A stretch of DNA of 63,704 nucleotides, counting the filler, from Mycoplasmatota bacterium (lineage in GTDB: Bacteria > Bacillota_I > Bacilli_A > RF39 > UBA660): the NCBI GenBank assembly GCA_012727915.1. It is 12 parts of 12 records of this genome, joined end to end, with 100 filler letters (N's around TTAATTAATTAA, not from the genome) between each part and the next. Parts side by side here need not be neighbours in the genome. Positions count along the whole stretch, not along the records: positions 1 to 8,001 come from JAAYGD010000021.1; positions 8,102 to 18,311 come from JAAYGD010000022.1; 10 more parts are not named here. One strand, 5' to 3'. Position numbers and translations under genes: made by a program. This document shows, piece after piece, positions 1 to 9,763 of this stretch; within the stretch, counting starts at the first letter, position 1; each line of letters starts with the position of its first letter. The notes beneath the pieces were generated by a model. It saw only the letters and a program-made list of their open reading frames with translations, was not told where the DNA came from and did not search any database.

Positions 1-59
1 TCGAACCCCGGACCTACCGGTTATGAGCCGGGCGCTCTAACCAGCTGAGCTAAAGGCCC
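1..59 (-). tRNA. tRNA with CAT anticodon, probably tRNA-Ile2 (lysidine type); 3' end cut by window edge
   Basis: Reverse complement GGGCCTTTAGCTCAGCTGGTTAGAGCGCCCGGCTCATAACCGGTAGGTCCGGGGTTCGA; body resembles Firmicutes Ile2(CAU) more than Met. Confidence 0.85.
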
Positions 60-76
60 CAGTAAATTATGTTTAC

Positions 77-153
<77 letters not shown>

Positions 154-232
154 ATTTAAGCCTTTTTTTTGGGATTGACTATTTCATTTTATATTAATTT
201 AATAAAAAAAGCAACACCAAAATAAAGAATTT

Positions 233-1984
233 TTATTTTTTACGTTTATTTAATTCGTTATATAAAACATTAATCATAAAAGGCATGCTATAAACTATCG
301 GTAATACATATCTAAAGTAACTATTTACTGGGCCTACTATACACGCTAAAAATATAGTAAATGCTGGTAACAATAACAATAATAATTCCTTTTTCTTATT
401 TACAATATACATCATTGCCATTATAAATAATACCCATATATTAAATCCAATATTAACAGTTAATCCTATTATAGGAAGACTAGAATAATAGTTTCCTATT
501 CCTCTAAAGACTTCTCTAACAGGATCTAAAGAATTAAAATGATAGTCTAAACCTTTTTCTTGTAATTCTTTATTCATCTTTGTATATAAATACCAATTTG
601 TAGTATTAGGATAAAAATATCCATATGTAGTATTAAAAGTAGCATTTAAATAAGTAATTGGATGTTTAGATAAATATTTATACCAAACACTAAAGAAATT
701 ACTTAAATCTTCATTTGTATAGTTTTTATTAAACTTATTTTTAACTGGATCCACTATACTTGGTTTATATCTATCCTTTAATGTATCAAACTCTAATATT
801 TTATCAATAACTAATTTATCTTCATCACTAATCTTTTCTGGATGATATTTTGATAATCTTGCTATTTGTTGAAAAGGTATAGATAATACTTCTCTTATAG
901 ATGTATTTGGAACATTATAATAAGGTAATATTACTTTATTAAAAGAATAATAAAAAGAAGTTACAAATAGAAAAGATATTAAAATACCCAACATTTTTTT
1001 CTTTAATAATAATAAAAATGGCAAACTAAGTAATATAGTATAGAATCCATTATTTCTAAATAGCACAATTAAAATAGATATTAAAGTTAATATGATTATA
1101 TCTTTAGTTGAACTAGATTTTTTTATAAAGTCATATATTCTTACAACATATAATAATATTAAAGCTGAGAATATTACATCTTTTACTCCAGTTATCGCAT
1201 AGTTAGGAAATACTGGAATAAAAGCAATAGAAAGAAGAGAAAAATATATAATTTTCTTATTAAAATTATTTTTATACATATAAGATATTGTGTACGCAAA
1301 TATACCTATTACTATTGTTACTTGTACTAAAGTATATAAAAATAAACCAAAATTATCATTACCAATAATATGTCCAAATTTAAATAATCCCCCCAATAAT
1401 AAAGTATGAATTACAGGGTTAAAATTAGTAATATTTGTATAATTTTCAGGTAATACAACACTATCCAAATACCAAGTAGGTATTCCCATTACTTCTTGAA
1501 TTTGATATCCACCATCAGGATTTAATATTACTGGATAATATACTATTATATAAGGCAAATAACATATAAATAAAAATATAAATGTTGATTTAAAAGGATG
1601 TTCTTTAATATAATTAGTTAATTTATTTTTAGGAAATATATCTTTAACTTTATTATTTAAAAACAAATCATAAACATAGTTAAGCATTATATTGAAAAAT
1701 ATTGTATATCCAAATAAACTTACTAAAGCAATAATCCAATTATCAGATAAATATACAAAGCTTTCAGTCATTTTAAAACTATTACCAATAATCATAAATA
1801 TAGAAAAAACAATAGATAAAGATAAAACCCAACCATTTATTCTAATTTTATCAATATTTTTATTATAAAAATATAATAGCGATATTCCAATTATAGTTGA
1901 AACAATAATATTAAAACCAAGATCACTAGATAATGCAAATGAACTTAGTAACGCTAATATAATTATTAATATGTTCTTTTTCAT
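233..1984 (-). CDS. Polytopic membrane protein, DUF6020-like, probable GT-C glycosyltransferase
   Basis: Many TM segments, motifs NPD, HTLLLG, KD, FRNNG, SIPFQQ, FRY; last gene of a GT2/DUF2304/GtrA operon. Confidence 0.7.
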   Translation of the reverse strand: MKKNILIIILALLSSFALSSDLGFNIIVSTIIGISLLYFYNKNIDKIRINGWVLSLSIVFSIFMIIGNSFKMTESFVYLSDNWIIALVSLFGYTIFFNIMLNYVYDLFLNNKVKDIFPKNKLTNYIKEHPFKSTFIFLFICYLPYIIVYYPVILNPDGGYQIQEVMGIPTWYLDSVVLPENYTNITNFNPVIHTLLLGGLFKFGHIIGNDNFGLFLYTLVQVTIVIGIFAYTISYMYKNNFNKKIIYFSLLSIAFIPVFPNYAITGVKDVIFSALILLYVVRIYDFIKKSSSTKDIIILTLISILIVLFRNNGFYTILLSLPFLLLLKKKMLGILISFLFVTSFYYSFNKVILPYYNVPNTSIREVLSIPFQQIARLSKYHPEKISDEDKLVIDKILEFDTLKDRYKPSIVDPVKNKFNKNYTNEDLSNFFSVWYKYLSKHPITYLNATFNTTYGYFYPNTTNWYLYTKMNKELQEKGLDYHFNSLDPVREVFRGIGNYYSSLPIIGLTVNIGFNIWVLFIMAMMYIVNKKKELLLLLLPAFTIFLACIVGPVNSYFRYVLPIVYSMPFMINVLYNELNKRKK

Positions 1985-1985
1985 A

Positions 1986-2396
1986 TTACTCCTTGTTTTT
2001 AAATATATATTTTCTTTGAATAAAATAATTAATTATGAATATTATTATATCTACTACTATTTTAATTATAGAAGTATCAATATTAGTTAATTTATATATT
2101 ATATATACAGATAATGTAGATATGCCTAATTGTATTATTACTAAAGCATAGTACTTATAAAGAGTATTTTGTTTATTTTTAGCTCCAAATACTACATCTC
2201 TATTAATTAAATAATTAACAAAAGAACTTATTACTCTCGCTAAAAAAGCTCCAATAAATATAGAAGTATCCCCTATACTATTTATCATAACTAATCTAAA
2301 TATATAAAATAATATTTGATCTAATGCAAAACAAAAACCTGCAGAAAGAGTATATTTAATAAAAATATTATATTTATTTGTTATTTCTTTTAACAT
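1986..2396 (-). CDS. GtrA-family lipid-sugar flippase
   Basis: 136 aa, 4 TM, ARVISSFVNYLINR and NYFIQRKYIF motifs. Confidence 0.85.
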   Translation of the reverse strand: MLKEITNKYNIFIKYTLSAGFCFALDQILFYIFRLVMINSIGDTSIFIGAFLARVISSFVNYLINRDVVFGAKNKQNTLYKYYALVIIQLGISTLSVYIIYKLTNIDTSIIKIVVDIIIFIINYFIQRKYIFKNKE

Positions 2397-2739
2397 TCAA
2401 TTCCTCTATTCTCTTTTTTAAAATTCCAATTTCTTGAGCCAAACTATTAATCTTATTTTTTTGTTTTGATAAATATATTGTAGTAAATAAAGAAATACCA
2501 ATTAATATCAAAAATCCAAAGAAAAACAACATATTTGATACAATCTCTATTCCCAAATAATTAGATATATTAACTAATAAATTATTAGAAAAAGTAACTA
2601 TAATCATAATCAATAAAAAGAAAAACCAAGGTAAAGAATCTCTAACTGATAAACTTTTATTAAATACTGAATATAATAATATGTTTGAAAATATTACATA
2701 TACAAATATTAAAAAAATTAATAATTCAACAGAAATCAT
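2374..2739 (-). CDS. DUF2304-family membrane protein
   Basis: 3 TM, LGIE..SN motif, C-terminal LAQEIGIL; typical partner of DPM1-like GT2. Confidence 0.8.
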   Translation of the reverse strand: MISVELLIFLIFVYVIFSNILLYSVFNKSLSVRDSLPWFFFLLIMIIVTFSNNLLVNISNYLGIEIVSNMLFFFGFLILIGISLFTTIYLSKQKNKINSLAQEIGILKKRIEELNVKRNNK

Positions 2740-3446
2740 CTTTTACCTCCATATATTATACTCGTAAATAAAATTGCTAATGGTACTTTTATTCCAAAAT
2801 ATAAATATTTGAATGAATTAATAGAGCTAATACCATGTTTTCTTTCATGCATATTAACTGGAATTTCCGAAATATTATATTTTAATTTTGCAACCATAGT
2901 ATTCGTTTCAGATTCAGGATAATCATGAGGATAATATTCACTAAATAATTTAATAATATTTTTATTAGCGCCCCTAAATCCACTTGTAGGATCAGTTATA
3001 GTTTTTCCAGTTAGTATTTTTATTAATAATGATAAAAACATTATTGCTAATCTCCTAGATTTAGTAGATTTAAATCTACTTATATCATTAATAAATCTAG
3101 AACCAATTACTAAATCATTTCCTTTATTTAATTCATCAATCAATAATTCTAAATAATTTGAATCATGTTGAGTATCTCCATCAAATTGTATTGCAATATC
3201 ATAATCATTATTTAAAGCATATTTATAACCCGTTTGTACTGCTCCACCAATACCTAAATTAAATGGTAAATCAATAAAATTTATATTATTTTCAATACAA
3301 ACTTGTTTTGTTAAATCTTTAGATCCATCATTTATGACAATATAATCAAGATTGATTCCTTTAATCTTGATTTTTATAATTTCATTAACAGTATTTAAAA
3401 TATTAAATTCTTCATTATATGCAGGAATAATAATCAATGCTTTCAT
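2736..3446 (-). CDS. GT2 glycosyltransferase, DPM1-like (polyprenyl-phosphate sugar synthase)
   Basis: IIPAYNEE, INDGSKD, NLGIGGA, QFDGD.QH, GSRF, DPTSGFR. Confidence 0.92.
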   Translation of the reverse strand: MKALIIIPAYNEEFNILNTVNEIIKIKIKGINLDYIVINDGSKDLTKQVCIENNINFIDLPFNLGIGGAVQTGYKYALNNDYDIAIQFDGDTQHDSNYLELLIDELNKGNDLVIGSRFINDISRFKSTKSRRLAIMFLSLLIKILTGKTITDPTSGFRGANKNIIKLFSEYYPHDYPESETNTMVAKLKYNISEIPVNMHERKHGISSINSFKYLYFGIKVPLAILFTSIIYGGKR

Positions 3447-3489
3447 AAAAATCTCCTATGTAAAATAATACCATAATATATGAGTTTAT

Positions 3490-4242
3490 TCAACTATAGG
3501 TTTTCTTTATTTTCTTAGTTATTGTATTAAATTTCTTCCTATCTATAAAATATAAAATAATTAATATTAACGCTAAAAATATTAATCTTAATAAAATAGG
3601 ATCTTTTTTATATTTAGCAATCAATATAATATCTTTATCTATGATGGTTTTAAAATCAAAAGCATTATCATCTACATACCATCCCAAAAAACTTTCTTCA
3701 TCAATTTTTAATGGTTCTACATTAGTACCTTCTATTACTTCAAACACTTCTTTTTTATCTTCATATATAAAAGTTACCTTATAAATGTTTCCCCATATTC
3801 CAATTCTTTCTTCTTTAGCTATATTTTCCTTTTCTTCTAATATATCCAGATATTTATAATCCCCATAAACATACTCAATCTTTGCATATCCATTCTCAAC
3901 TAATTCTTCCTGTATCAATTTATTATCTACAAATAACCATACTAATTCTCTATTATATTTATCTGTTTTTGTACTATTTTCATCATATTCTATTTCTAAC
4001 TTTGTAGCGCTTTTCAATAAATTACAAGTATATTCACTAGCGGTCTTTCCTAATATTCCTCCATCTTTTGTAGGATGAAGTGTCTCAGGAGTATCAATTG
4101 CTAAAAATCTATATTTATAAGATATATCTCCTACTTTTAACCACGCAGTATCTCCATCTACACATCTATCAAAAGATACTTCTTCTAAAGCATTAACATT
4201 AATAAATATAAATAATAAGAATATAAATAATAACTTCTTCAT
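3490..4242 (-). CDS. Membrane-anchored thermonuclease (SNase) with a C-terminal InlB-B/Flg_new-like repeat
   Basis: Signal peptide, VDGDT, RFLAIDTPE, DKYNR, GIWG, then FLGWY...FDF repeat and C-terminal TM. Confidence 0.88.
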   Translation of the reverse strand: MKKLLFIFLLFIFINVNALEEVSFDRCVDGDTAWLKVGDISYKYRFLAIDTPETLHPTKDGGILGKTASEYTCNLLKSATKLEIEYDENSTKTDKYNRELVWLFVDNKLIQEELVENGYAKIEYVYGDYKYLDILEEKENIAKEERIGIWGNIYKVTFIYEDKKEVFEVIEGTNVEPLKIDEESFLGWYVDDNAFDFKTIIDKDIILIAKYKKDPILLRLIFLALILIILYFIDRKKFNTITKKIKKTYS

Positions 4243-4245
4243 AAA

Positions 4246-5097
4246 TCACCTAAATAAAGTCATAAATGATTTGGGGACCTCTGACTTAAATATATGTTTT
4301 TTATCATTAATCTTGATTTCCAATTGATAAGCATGTAAGCACATTCTCTTCAAAGGATTAACCTTAGATCCATACTTTTTATCCCCCAATATTATATGGT
4401 TAATATCCTTCATATGTACCCTTATTTGATTTTTTCTTCCAGTATATATTTTAATATCTAATAGACTATATTTATCATTATACTTTAATCTTTTATACTC
4501 AGTTTTTGCTCTTTTTCCTGTTTTATCAGAATATACATAATGTTCATCATTTTCATTTAATAAAGATTCAATAACATCTTTTTCCTTTTCTACTTTACCT
4601 TCAACTATTCCAATATACTTTCTAGTTACAATATTCTCCCAATTAGCTTGCAAAAAATTTTTAGTAATTTCATTTTTTGCTAATAACAAAACTCCAGAAG
4701 TATCTTTATCTAATCTATGAACAACAAATACTTTATTATTTTTATTTATACCTTTTAAATATTCCATTACTAATTTATAAGCAGTATTAAGATTATCGGA
4801 CTCACTAGCAATACTTAACATTCCATAAGGTTTATCAATTACAATTATATCCTTATCTTCATATATAATTACTAAATCTTTATTTTTATTTTTAGATTCA
4901 CTAATATCTATTACATCATCTTTTTTTAATAACTTATCATATTTAGTTACTACTCTATTATTAACCCTTATATTTCCATATTTTAAATATACCTTTAAAT
5001 CTTTTCTTGACTTATCAGTATTATTAATTAAATACTCTAACAAATATGACTCTTCATTTACTTTTATTTTCATACATACCTCTATATCATTATACAT
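4246..5097 (-). CDS. RluA/RluD-family pseudouridine synthase
   Basis: HRLDKDTSG, TGRKNQIRVH, GDKKYG, LHA. Confidence 0.93.
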   Translation of the reverse strand: MYNDIEVCMKIKVNEESYLLEYLINNTDKSRKDLKVYLKYGNIRVNNRVVTKYDKLLKKDDVIDISESKNKNKDLVIIYEDKDIIVIDKPYGMLSIASESDNLNTAYKLVMEYLKGINKNNKVFVVHRLDKDTSGVLLLAKNEITKNFLQANWENIVTRKYIGIVEGKVEKEKDVIESLLNENDEHYVYSDKTGKRAKTEYKRLKYNDKYSLLDIKIYTGRKNQIRVHMKDINHIILGDKKYGSKVNPLKRMCLHAYQLEIKINDKKHIFKSEVPKSFMTLFR

Positions 5098-5116
5098 TAA
5101 AAAAATAAGATTTCTC

Positions 5117-5440
5117 TTATTTTTTAGTACTCTTCTTTTTATTTAAGAAATATAAAGCTGTACCAACCACTATTACATTAGCAATAGAGTAATATAACGA
5201 TTTTAATTCATAATGTTCACTATCATCATAATAATACATACTATCACATCCGCAATCTTTTCCTTCTTCTTCAACACATTGCATTTTACAAGTTTCAATT
5301 TTATCTTCGATTGAAGGTTCATCAACTAATAGATTAATTCCATTATTAAGAGTAAATACTATTGCTCCTAAAAACCAAACCAATAAAACTCCATTTAAAA
5401 TCTTTAAAATTAATTCTTTTTCTTTACTAAACAAAATCAT
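5117..5440 (-). CDS. Small two-TM hypothetical protein with a Cys-containing loop
   Basis: GGAGGTG RBS; TM-loop(CKMQC, CGC)-TM-Lys tail. Confidence 0.7.
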   Translation of the reverse strand: MILFSKEKELILKILNGVLLVWFLGAIVFTLNNGINLLVDEPSIEDKIETCKMQCVEEEGKDCGCDSMYYYDDSEHYELKSLYYSIANVIVVGTALYFLNKKKSTKK

Positions 5441-5508
5441 ATTTCACCTCCTATCATAAATAATATTATACCATAAAAAAAGATAGTAAACTATCTTTAT
5501 AATCACAC

Positions 5509-5584
5509 TGGTGTCCCCTGAGGGCTTCGAACCCACGACCCACAGATTAAGAGTCTGTTGCTCTACCTACTGAGCTAAGGAGAC
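5509..5584 (-). tRNA. tRNA-Lys(CTT)
   Basis: GTCTCCTTAGCTCAG...CAGACTCTTAATCTG...TTCGAAG...GACACCA. Confidence 0.95.
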
Positions 5585-5636
5585 AATTAGTACGTTTTTC
5601 ATTTTATCACAATAAAAAACGTTTGTGAATAGATTA

Positions 5637-6167
5637 TTATCTAATTAATGTTTTTCCTTTGCCTTGAAATAATTTTTCGATTTCTTCTCTAACTTCATCG
5701 GTTATTTCTCTATAAACAACTCCACAGTTTTGTAAAGTAATCTTAGATGCTTTTATGCTATCAGTATATGCATATTTATCGTTGTTATATATAACTTCTT
5801 TTATTCCAACTTGAACGATTTCTTTTGCGCAATCATGACAAGGAAAATGTGATACATATATCTTAGCATCTTGAAATATATTATTATCACCTCTGTAATT
5901 TAAAATGGCATTTCTTTCAGCATGCACAACATATGGATATTTTTTTTCTAACTCTTCACCTTCTCTAGCCCAAGGGAAATCCGAATCATCCCAACCATTA
6001 GGTGTACCATTATATCCAATAGAAATAATTCTATTATTTCTATCCACTATACAAGCTCCAACTTGTGTATTTGGATCTTTAGATCTTTCTGAAAACAAAT
6101 ATGTTGTTGCCATAAATACAGCATCCCAAGAAATTACATTTTTTCTTTGTAAATTATATTTACCCAT
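5637..6167 (-). CDS. dCMP deaminase
   Basis: RSKDPNTQVGA, GYNG, HAE, PCHDC zinc-deaminase motifs. Confidence 0.93.
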   Translation of the reverse strand: MGKYNLQRKNVISWDAVFMATTYLFSERSKDPNTQVGACIVDRNNRIISIGYNGTPNGWDDSDFPWAREGEELEKKYPYVVHAERNAILNYRGDNNIFQDAKIYVSHFPCHDCAKEIVQVGIKEVIYNNDKYAYTDSIKASKITLQNCGVVYREITDEVREEIEKLFQGKGKTLIR

Positions 6168-6227
6168 AAACCCTCCAAAGTTATTATATCATAAAAAAAT
6201 CAACCAAAGGTTGATTTAATATACAAA

Positions 6228-6304
6228 TGGTGGAGAATGAGGGATTCGAACCCTTGACCCCCTGCGTGCAAGGCAGGTGCTCTAGCCAGCTGAGCTAATT
6301 CCCC
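6228..6304 (-). tRNA. tRNA-Ala(TGC)
   Basis: GGGGAATTAGCTCAG...CTTGCAC...TTCGAATCC...CTCCACCA; downstream hairpin and T-run at about 6195-6217. Confidence 0.97.
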
Positions 6305-6345
6305 AGGCAAAGAGATTATAACATAGTTGATTTTTAAAAGTCAAC

Positions 6346-7269
6346 TTATGTTATATCTTTTTTTATCATTCTTCTATATGATAAATAAAATAATCCAAAT
6401 GAAAATATTAAATAACTTCCAACTAAGATTGGAATGTTATAAATATCATTCTTCTTTAAAGATATATAACTTTCGTTTTCTAAATCGGGATCATAATCAG
6501 AATTAACATATCTTCCAGTATACATAGCAATAGTTTGATCATATAATTCATTTGATTCATTACCTTGCTCTATTAAAGACATATATATATTTCCAAATTG
6601 TGAATTAATATCAATATAATATAATTTACTAGAAAAATAATTATTTCTATTTAAAGTTATTTGTCTTAATATAGGTAAAACTCCAAATATTCCAAGTACC
6701 AATAAAACTGTAATTATTATTGAAGGAACTTTCTTTCTAAATAATGATGATAAGAATGACATTATAGACGAAAATATTAATATCATAAACATTCCAAATA
6801 TAATAAAATTAGGAAATAGCTTTAAAAGACCTATAAATACATCCTTATCCAAATTGTTAAATAATAAGAATATTGTAACCGATACTACTAAAGATGATAT
6901 AAAATAAAATAAAGATCCAATTAATAAACCAATAATTTTACCAAATACTATGGAAGATCTTGATACTGGTTTTGCAACTAATATTTTCATTGTACCTTCA
7001 TATTCTTCAGTTGCGAATATATCTAATCCAAATATCATCATCATAATTATTACTGCTATACCACCTAAATACATAAATACAAATAATGAATAAACTGTCT
7101 TAATAGATTCTATTTGAGAAGGAATAGTTACTAATAAACTATTATCTTCTTTACTACCCATATACATTAATATTGTTATTAAAATAAGTATTATAAAGTA
7201 AATAGAAATAATAATAGGTTTAAACATATTTCTCAAAGTTTTTTCAAAAATAGCTCTCATACTATTCAC
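6346..7269 (-). CDS. ABC-2 type transporter permease
   Basis: EEYEGTMKILVAKPVSR..IVFGK motif, about 6 TM, ends KKDIT. Confidence 0.88.
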   Translation of the reverse strand: MNSMRAIFEKTLRNMFKPIIISIYFIILILITILMYMGSKEDNSLLVTIPSQIESIKTVYSLFVFMYLGGIAVIIMMMIFGLDIFATEEYEGTMKILVAKPVSRSSIVFGKIIGLLIGSLFYFISSLVVSVTIFLLFNNLDKDVFIGLLKLFPNFIIFGMFMILIFSSIMSFLSSLFRKKVPSIIITVLLVLGIFGVLPILRQITLNRNNYFSSKLYYIDINSQFGNIYMSLIEQGNESNELYDQTIAMYTGRYVNSDYDPDLENESYISLKKNDIYNIPILVGSYLIFSFGLFYLSYRRMIKKDIT

Positions 7270-8001
7270 CTACTTTTCCAGTTAATATTTTAGAATATAC
7301 TTCATCTAAAGATACTGAAGCATCTTTTAAAGTAATAATGTCTATATTATTTTCATATGCAATTTTAATTAATTCTTTTTTAACTTCATGTAGATTATTA
7401 GTTGATATTGTTAATTTGCCATTATCTTCTTTTATATCAGAAATATTAATTCTATTTATCTTATCTATAATCATTTGATTATTAGATGTTTCAATAATTA
7501 ATAAATCATTATGCAATAACTTCTTAGCGTCATCTAAAGGCCCAAAAAACATTAATGAACCTGCATTAATCATTATTACATCTGTAATTATTAATTCCAA
7601 TTCAGTTAATACATGAGAACTTATTATTAAAGTAATATTTTTCTCTTTAACTAATCTTTTTAAAGAATTTATTATTTCAAATCTTGATGTTGGATCTAAA
7701 TTAGCTGTTGGTTCATCTAACATTAATATTTTAGGATCATGAATCATAGCTTGCGCTAATCCAATTTTCTTTTTCATACCAGTACTAAAATTAGATACTT
7801 TTTTATACACAGAATCCTTTAGATTCATAAATTCTATTAATTCCATTGATTTTTTTAAAGCTAATTCATAAGACAATCCACCAAGTTCTCCCATATATAT
7901 TAAATAATCCATACAATTCATATCAGTATAAAATGAAGGGAACTCTGGAGAATATCCAAGCATTTTTTTAGCGTCTATTGAACCTATTTTATATCCACCA
8001 A
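7262..8001 (-). CDS. ABC transporter ATP-binding protein, 5'-truncated at contig edge
   Basis: FSTGMKKK signature, MLDEP, SSH; frame stays open to the spacer (GGYKIGSIDAKKMLGY). Confidence 0.9.
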
Positions 8002-8101
8002 NNNNNNNNNNNNNNNNNNNNNNNNNNNNNNNNNNNNNNNNNNNNTTAATTAATTAANNNNNNNNNNNNNNNNNNNNNNNNNNNNNNNNNNNNNNNNNNN
8101 N
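8002..8101. other. Artificial contig-joining spacer, first of 11
   Basis: N44-TTAATTAATTAA-N44, also at 18312-18411, 20700-20799, 22944-23043, 35112-35211, 37362-37461, 45153-45252, 48267-48366, 51138-51237, 54766-54865, 57136-57235. Confidence 0.99.
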
Positions 8102-8179
8102 ACACCAACACCAACACCAACACCAACACCGACGCCAACCGCAACGCCGACACCACCACCGACACCACCAGCAACACCA
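8102..8179 (+). repeat. ACACCA-type hexamer repeat encoding a (TP)n linker
   Basis: ACACCAACACCAACACCA... degenerating to CCG/ACG variants. Confidence 0.95.
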
Positions 8180-8839
8180 AATCAATCATATCAAGATAAT
8201 AAATCTGCTTATTATTATGATCCAAAGGAATATGATCGAACAAAATCCGTTTTTATTGGAAGTAAGGAATTTAACGAATTAAGTGACCAAGAAAAATTTG
8301 AATTAGATCAAAAATACAGAGAAGCTATTGAAGAAGGCAAAGAAATTGATGGAATAAAAGGTGGAATGTTAGGGGGGGTAAAGTTTTTTATGCAAAACAA
8401 TGTTAATATACCTTTTAAGGCATCTGGAGAAAGCAACATATATAATGAAGGATTAGACACTAATATAGTAATGGATAAAAATGCACCAGATAGTGTTGAG
8501 TGGCTTCAAATGATATATCATGATGTTACTGGAGAAAAAAAAGTTGATTTTAGAATGAGAGATTCAAGTTCTCTAAGTGGTGGTTTTGTATCAAAAGCAA
8601 ATTTGTCGAATGAGATAAATAATGTTAGTGTTGGAGATATATTTTTTAATGAACCAAAAAGTTCTGATGGAATGGGACACATAAAATATGTTGTAGGAAA
8701 AGAAGGGGATGATTTTTTGGTAGCAGAACTTCAAAGAGGAAGCAACAGTGCTAATCCGGAATTTATAGGTTTAAATGTTTCTAAATTATCAAAAGAAGAA
8801 GCGTTGAAACTTGATGGTTATACCATAATTAGTAACTAA
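8102..8839 (+). CDS. 5'-truncated protein: Pro/Thr linker plus NlpC/P60-like domain apparently lacking the catalytic Cys
   Basis: Frame open from the contig start (TPTPTPTPTPTPTATPTPPPTPPATPNQSYQ...) and in frame with the 8366 ORF; motifs NIPF, APDSVEWLQMIY, VGDIFF, GHIKYVVG, LVAE. Confidence 0.7.
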   Translation, partial: TPTPTPTPTPTPTATPTPPPTPPATPNQSYQDNKSAYYYDPKEYDRTKSVFIGSKEFNELSDQEKFELDQKYREAIEEGKEIDGIKGGMLGGVKFFMQNNVNIPFKASGESNIYNEGLDTNIVMDKNAPDSVEWLQMIYHDVTGEKKVDFRMRDSSSLSGGFVSKANLSNEINNVSVGDIFFNEPKSSDGMGHIKYVVGKEGDDFLVAELQRGSNSANPEFIGLNVSKLSKEEALKLDGYTIISN

Positions 8840-8846
8840 ATTGATT

Positions 8847-8870
8847 AAAAAGAACGAAAGTTCTTTTTTT
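8847..8870 (+). terminator. Intrinsic terminator
   Basis: AAAAAGAAC-GAAA-GTTCTTTTTTT just after the stop at 8839. Confidence 0.8.
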
Positions 8871-8873
8871 GTA

Positions 8874-8901
8874 TTGACAAATGATTTTATATAACTATAA
8901 T
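8874..8901 (+). promoter_or_regulatory. Sigma-A type promoter
   Basis: TTGACA-16 nt-TATAAT upstream of 8935. Confidence 0.7.
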
Positions 8902-8934
8902 AAGAAGCATTATTAATTGTTCAGGGGGTAAATA

Positions 8935-9693
8935 ATGAAGAAATTAATTTTAGGTTTTGTTGCTCTATTTGCATTTGGATTATCAGTATTAGCAGCTGAT
9001 AATGATAATGAAATAATCGAATTGAAAGAGATTAAAATATCTAATTATGAAGTAGCGCCTTTTGATGGTAAATTAGAAATTAATTATGAATTGGTTCCTA
9101 ATGATGTTGAAAACAAAAATATTGTTTGGACTATATCAGGATTAAAACAAGGTTTGATAGTAGAATTTGAAGGTGAAAGTAAAACTAATGAAGCTGTAGG
9201 AACTATAGTTTTAATAGTAAAGAATGATAATGAAGATATATCTACTGTTAAATTAAACGCTAAATCTGGAGATATTTCTAAAAGTGTTTCTATAAAAGTT
9301 GAAAATGAAACAACAACTGAAGATAGATATAAAAAAGATGTAGTTGAAGATATAGAAAAGTTAATTGAAGATGCTAAGAATATTGATGAAAAAAATGAAG
9401 AAGCAATAGAAAAAGCAATCAAGAATATTGATATAATGCTAAAGAATGAAGATGTAAAAAATACTGTTGATAAAGATTTATTAGAAGATTATGATGGAAT
9501 AAAAGAAAAATTTGATACATATAAAGAAGAAGACAATAAGGATTATGCTAAAACAGTTATTATAGTAGGATTAGTATTAGCGTTCTTATTTGGAATATAT
9601 ATGATATTCAAAGATAATAATAAACCAGTAAAAAAAGAAGTTAAGAAAGAAGTAAAAAAGCAAGACACAAAACCAAAAAGTAAAAAGAAATAA
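8935..9693 (+). CDS. Surface protein: signal peptide, Ig-like domain, C-terminal TM and Lys-rich tail
   Basis: Signal ending VLA; P.DVENKNIVW Big_2-like motif; TM followed by KKEVKKEVKK. Confidence 0.75.
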   Translation: MKKLILGFVALFAFGLSVLAADNDNEIIELKEIKISNYEVAPFDGKLEINYELVPNDVENKNIVWTISGLKQGLIVEFEGESKTNEAVGTIVLIVKNDNEDISTVKLNAKSGDISKSVSIKVENETTTEDRYKKDVVEDIEKLIEDAKNIDEKNEEAIEKAIKNIDIMLKNEDVKNTVDKDLLEDYDGIKEKFDTYKEEDNKDYAKTVIIVGLVLAFLFGIYMIFKDNNKPVKKEVKKEVKKQDTKPKSKKK

Positions 9694-9763
9694 TTAATAT
9701 TAGTATAGATTAAATCTATACTTTTTTATTTATAATATGATAAAATGTTATTAGGTGTAATAT

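Noticed and set aside
8046..8057. TTAATTAATTAA repeated 11 times between N runs
   Set aside because: Artificial contig spacer with stops in all frames; not a biological repeat or CRISPR
8046..8243. Minus-strand 65-aa ORF with VLVLVL
   Set aside because: Antisense shadow of the (TP)n repeat, running into the spacer
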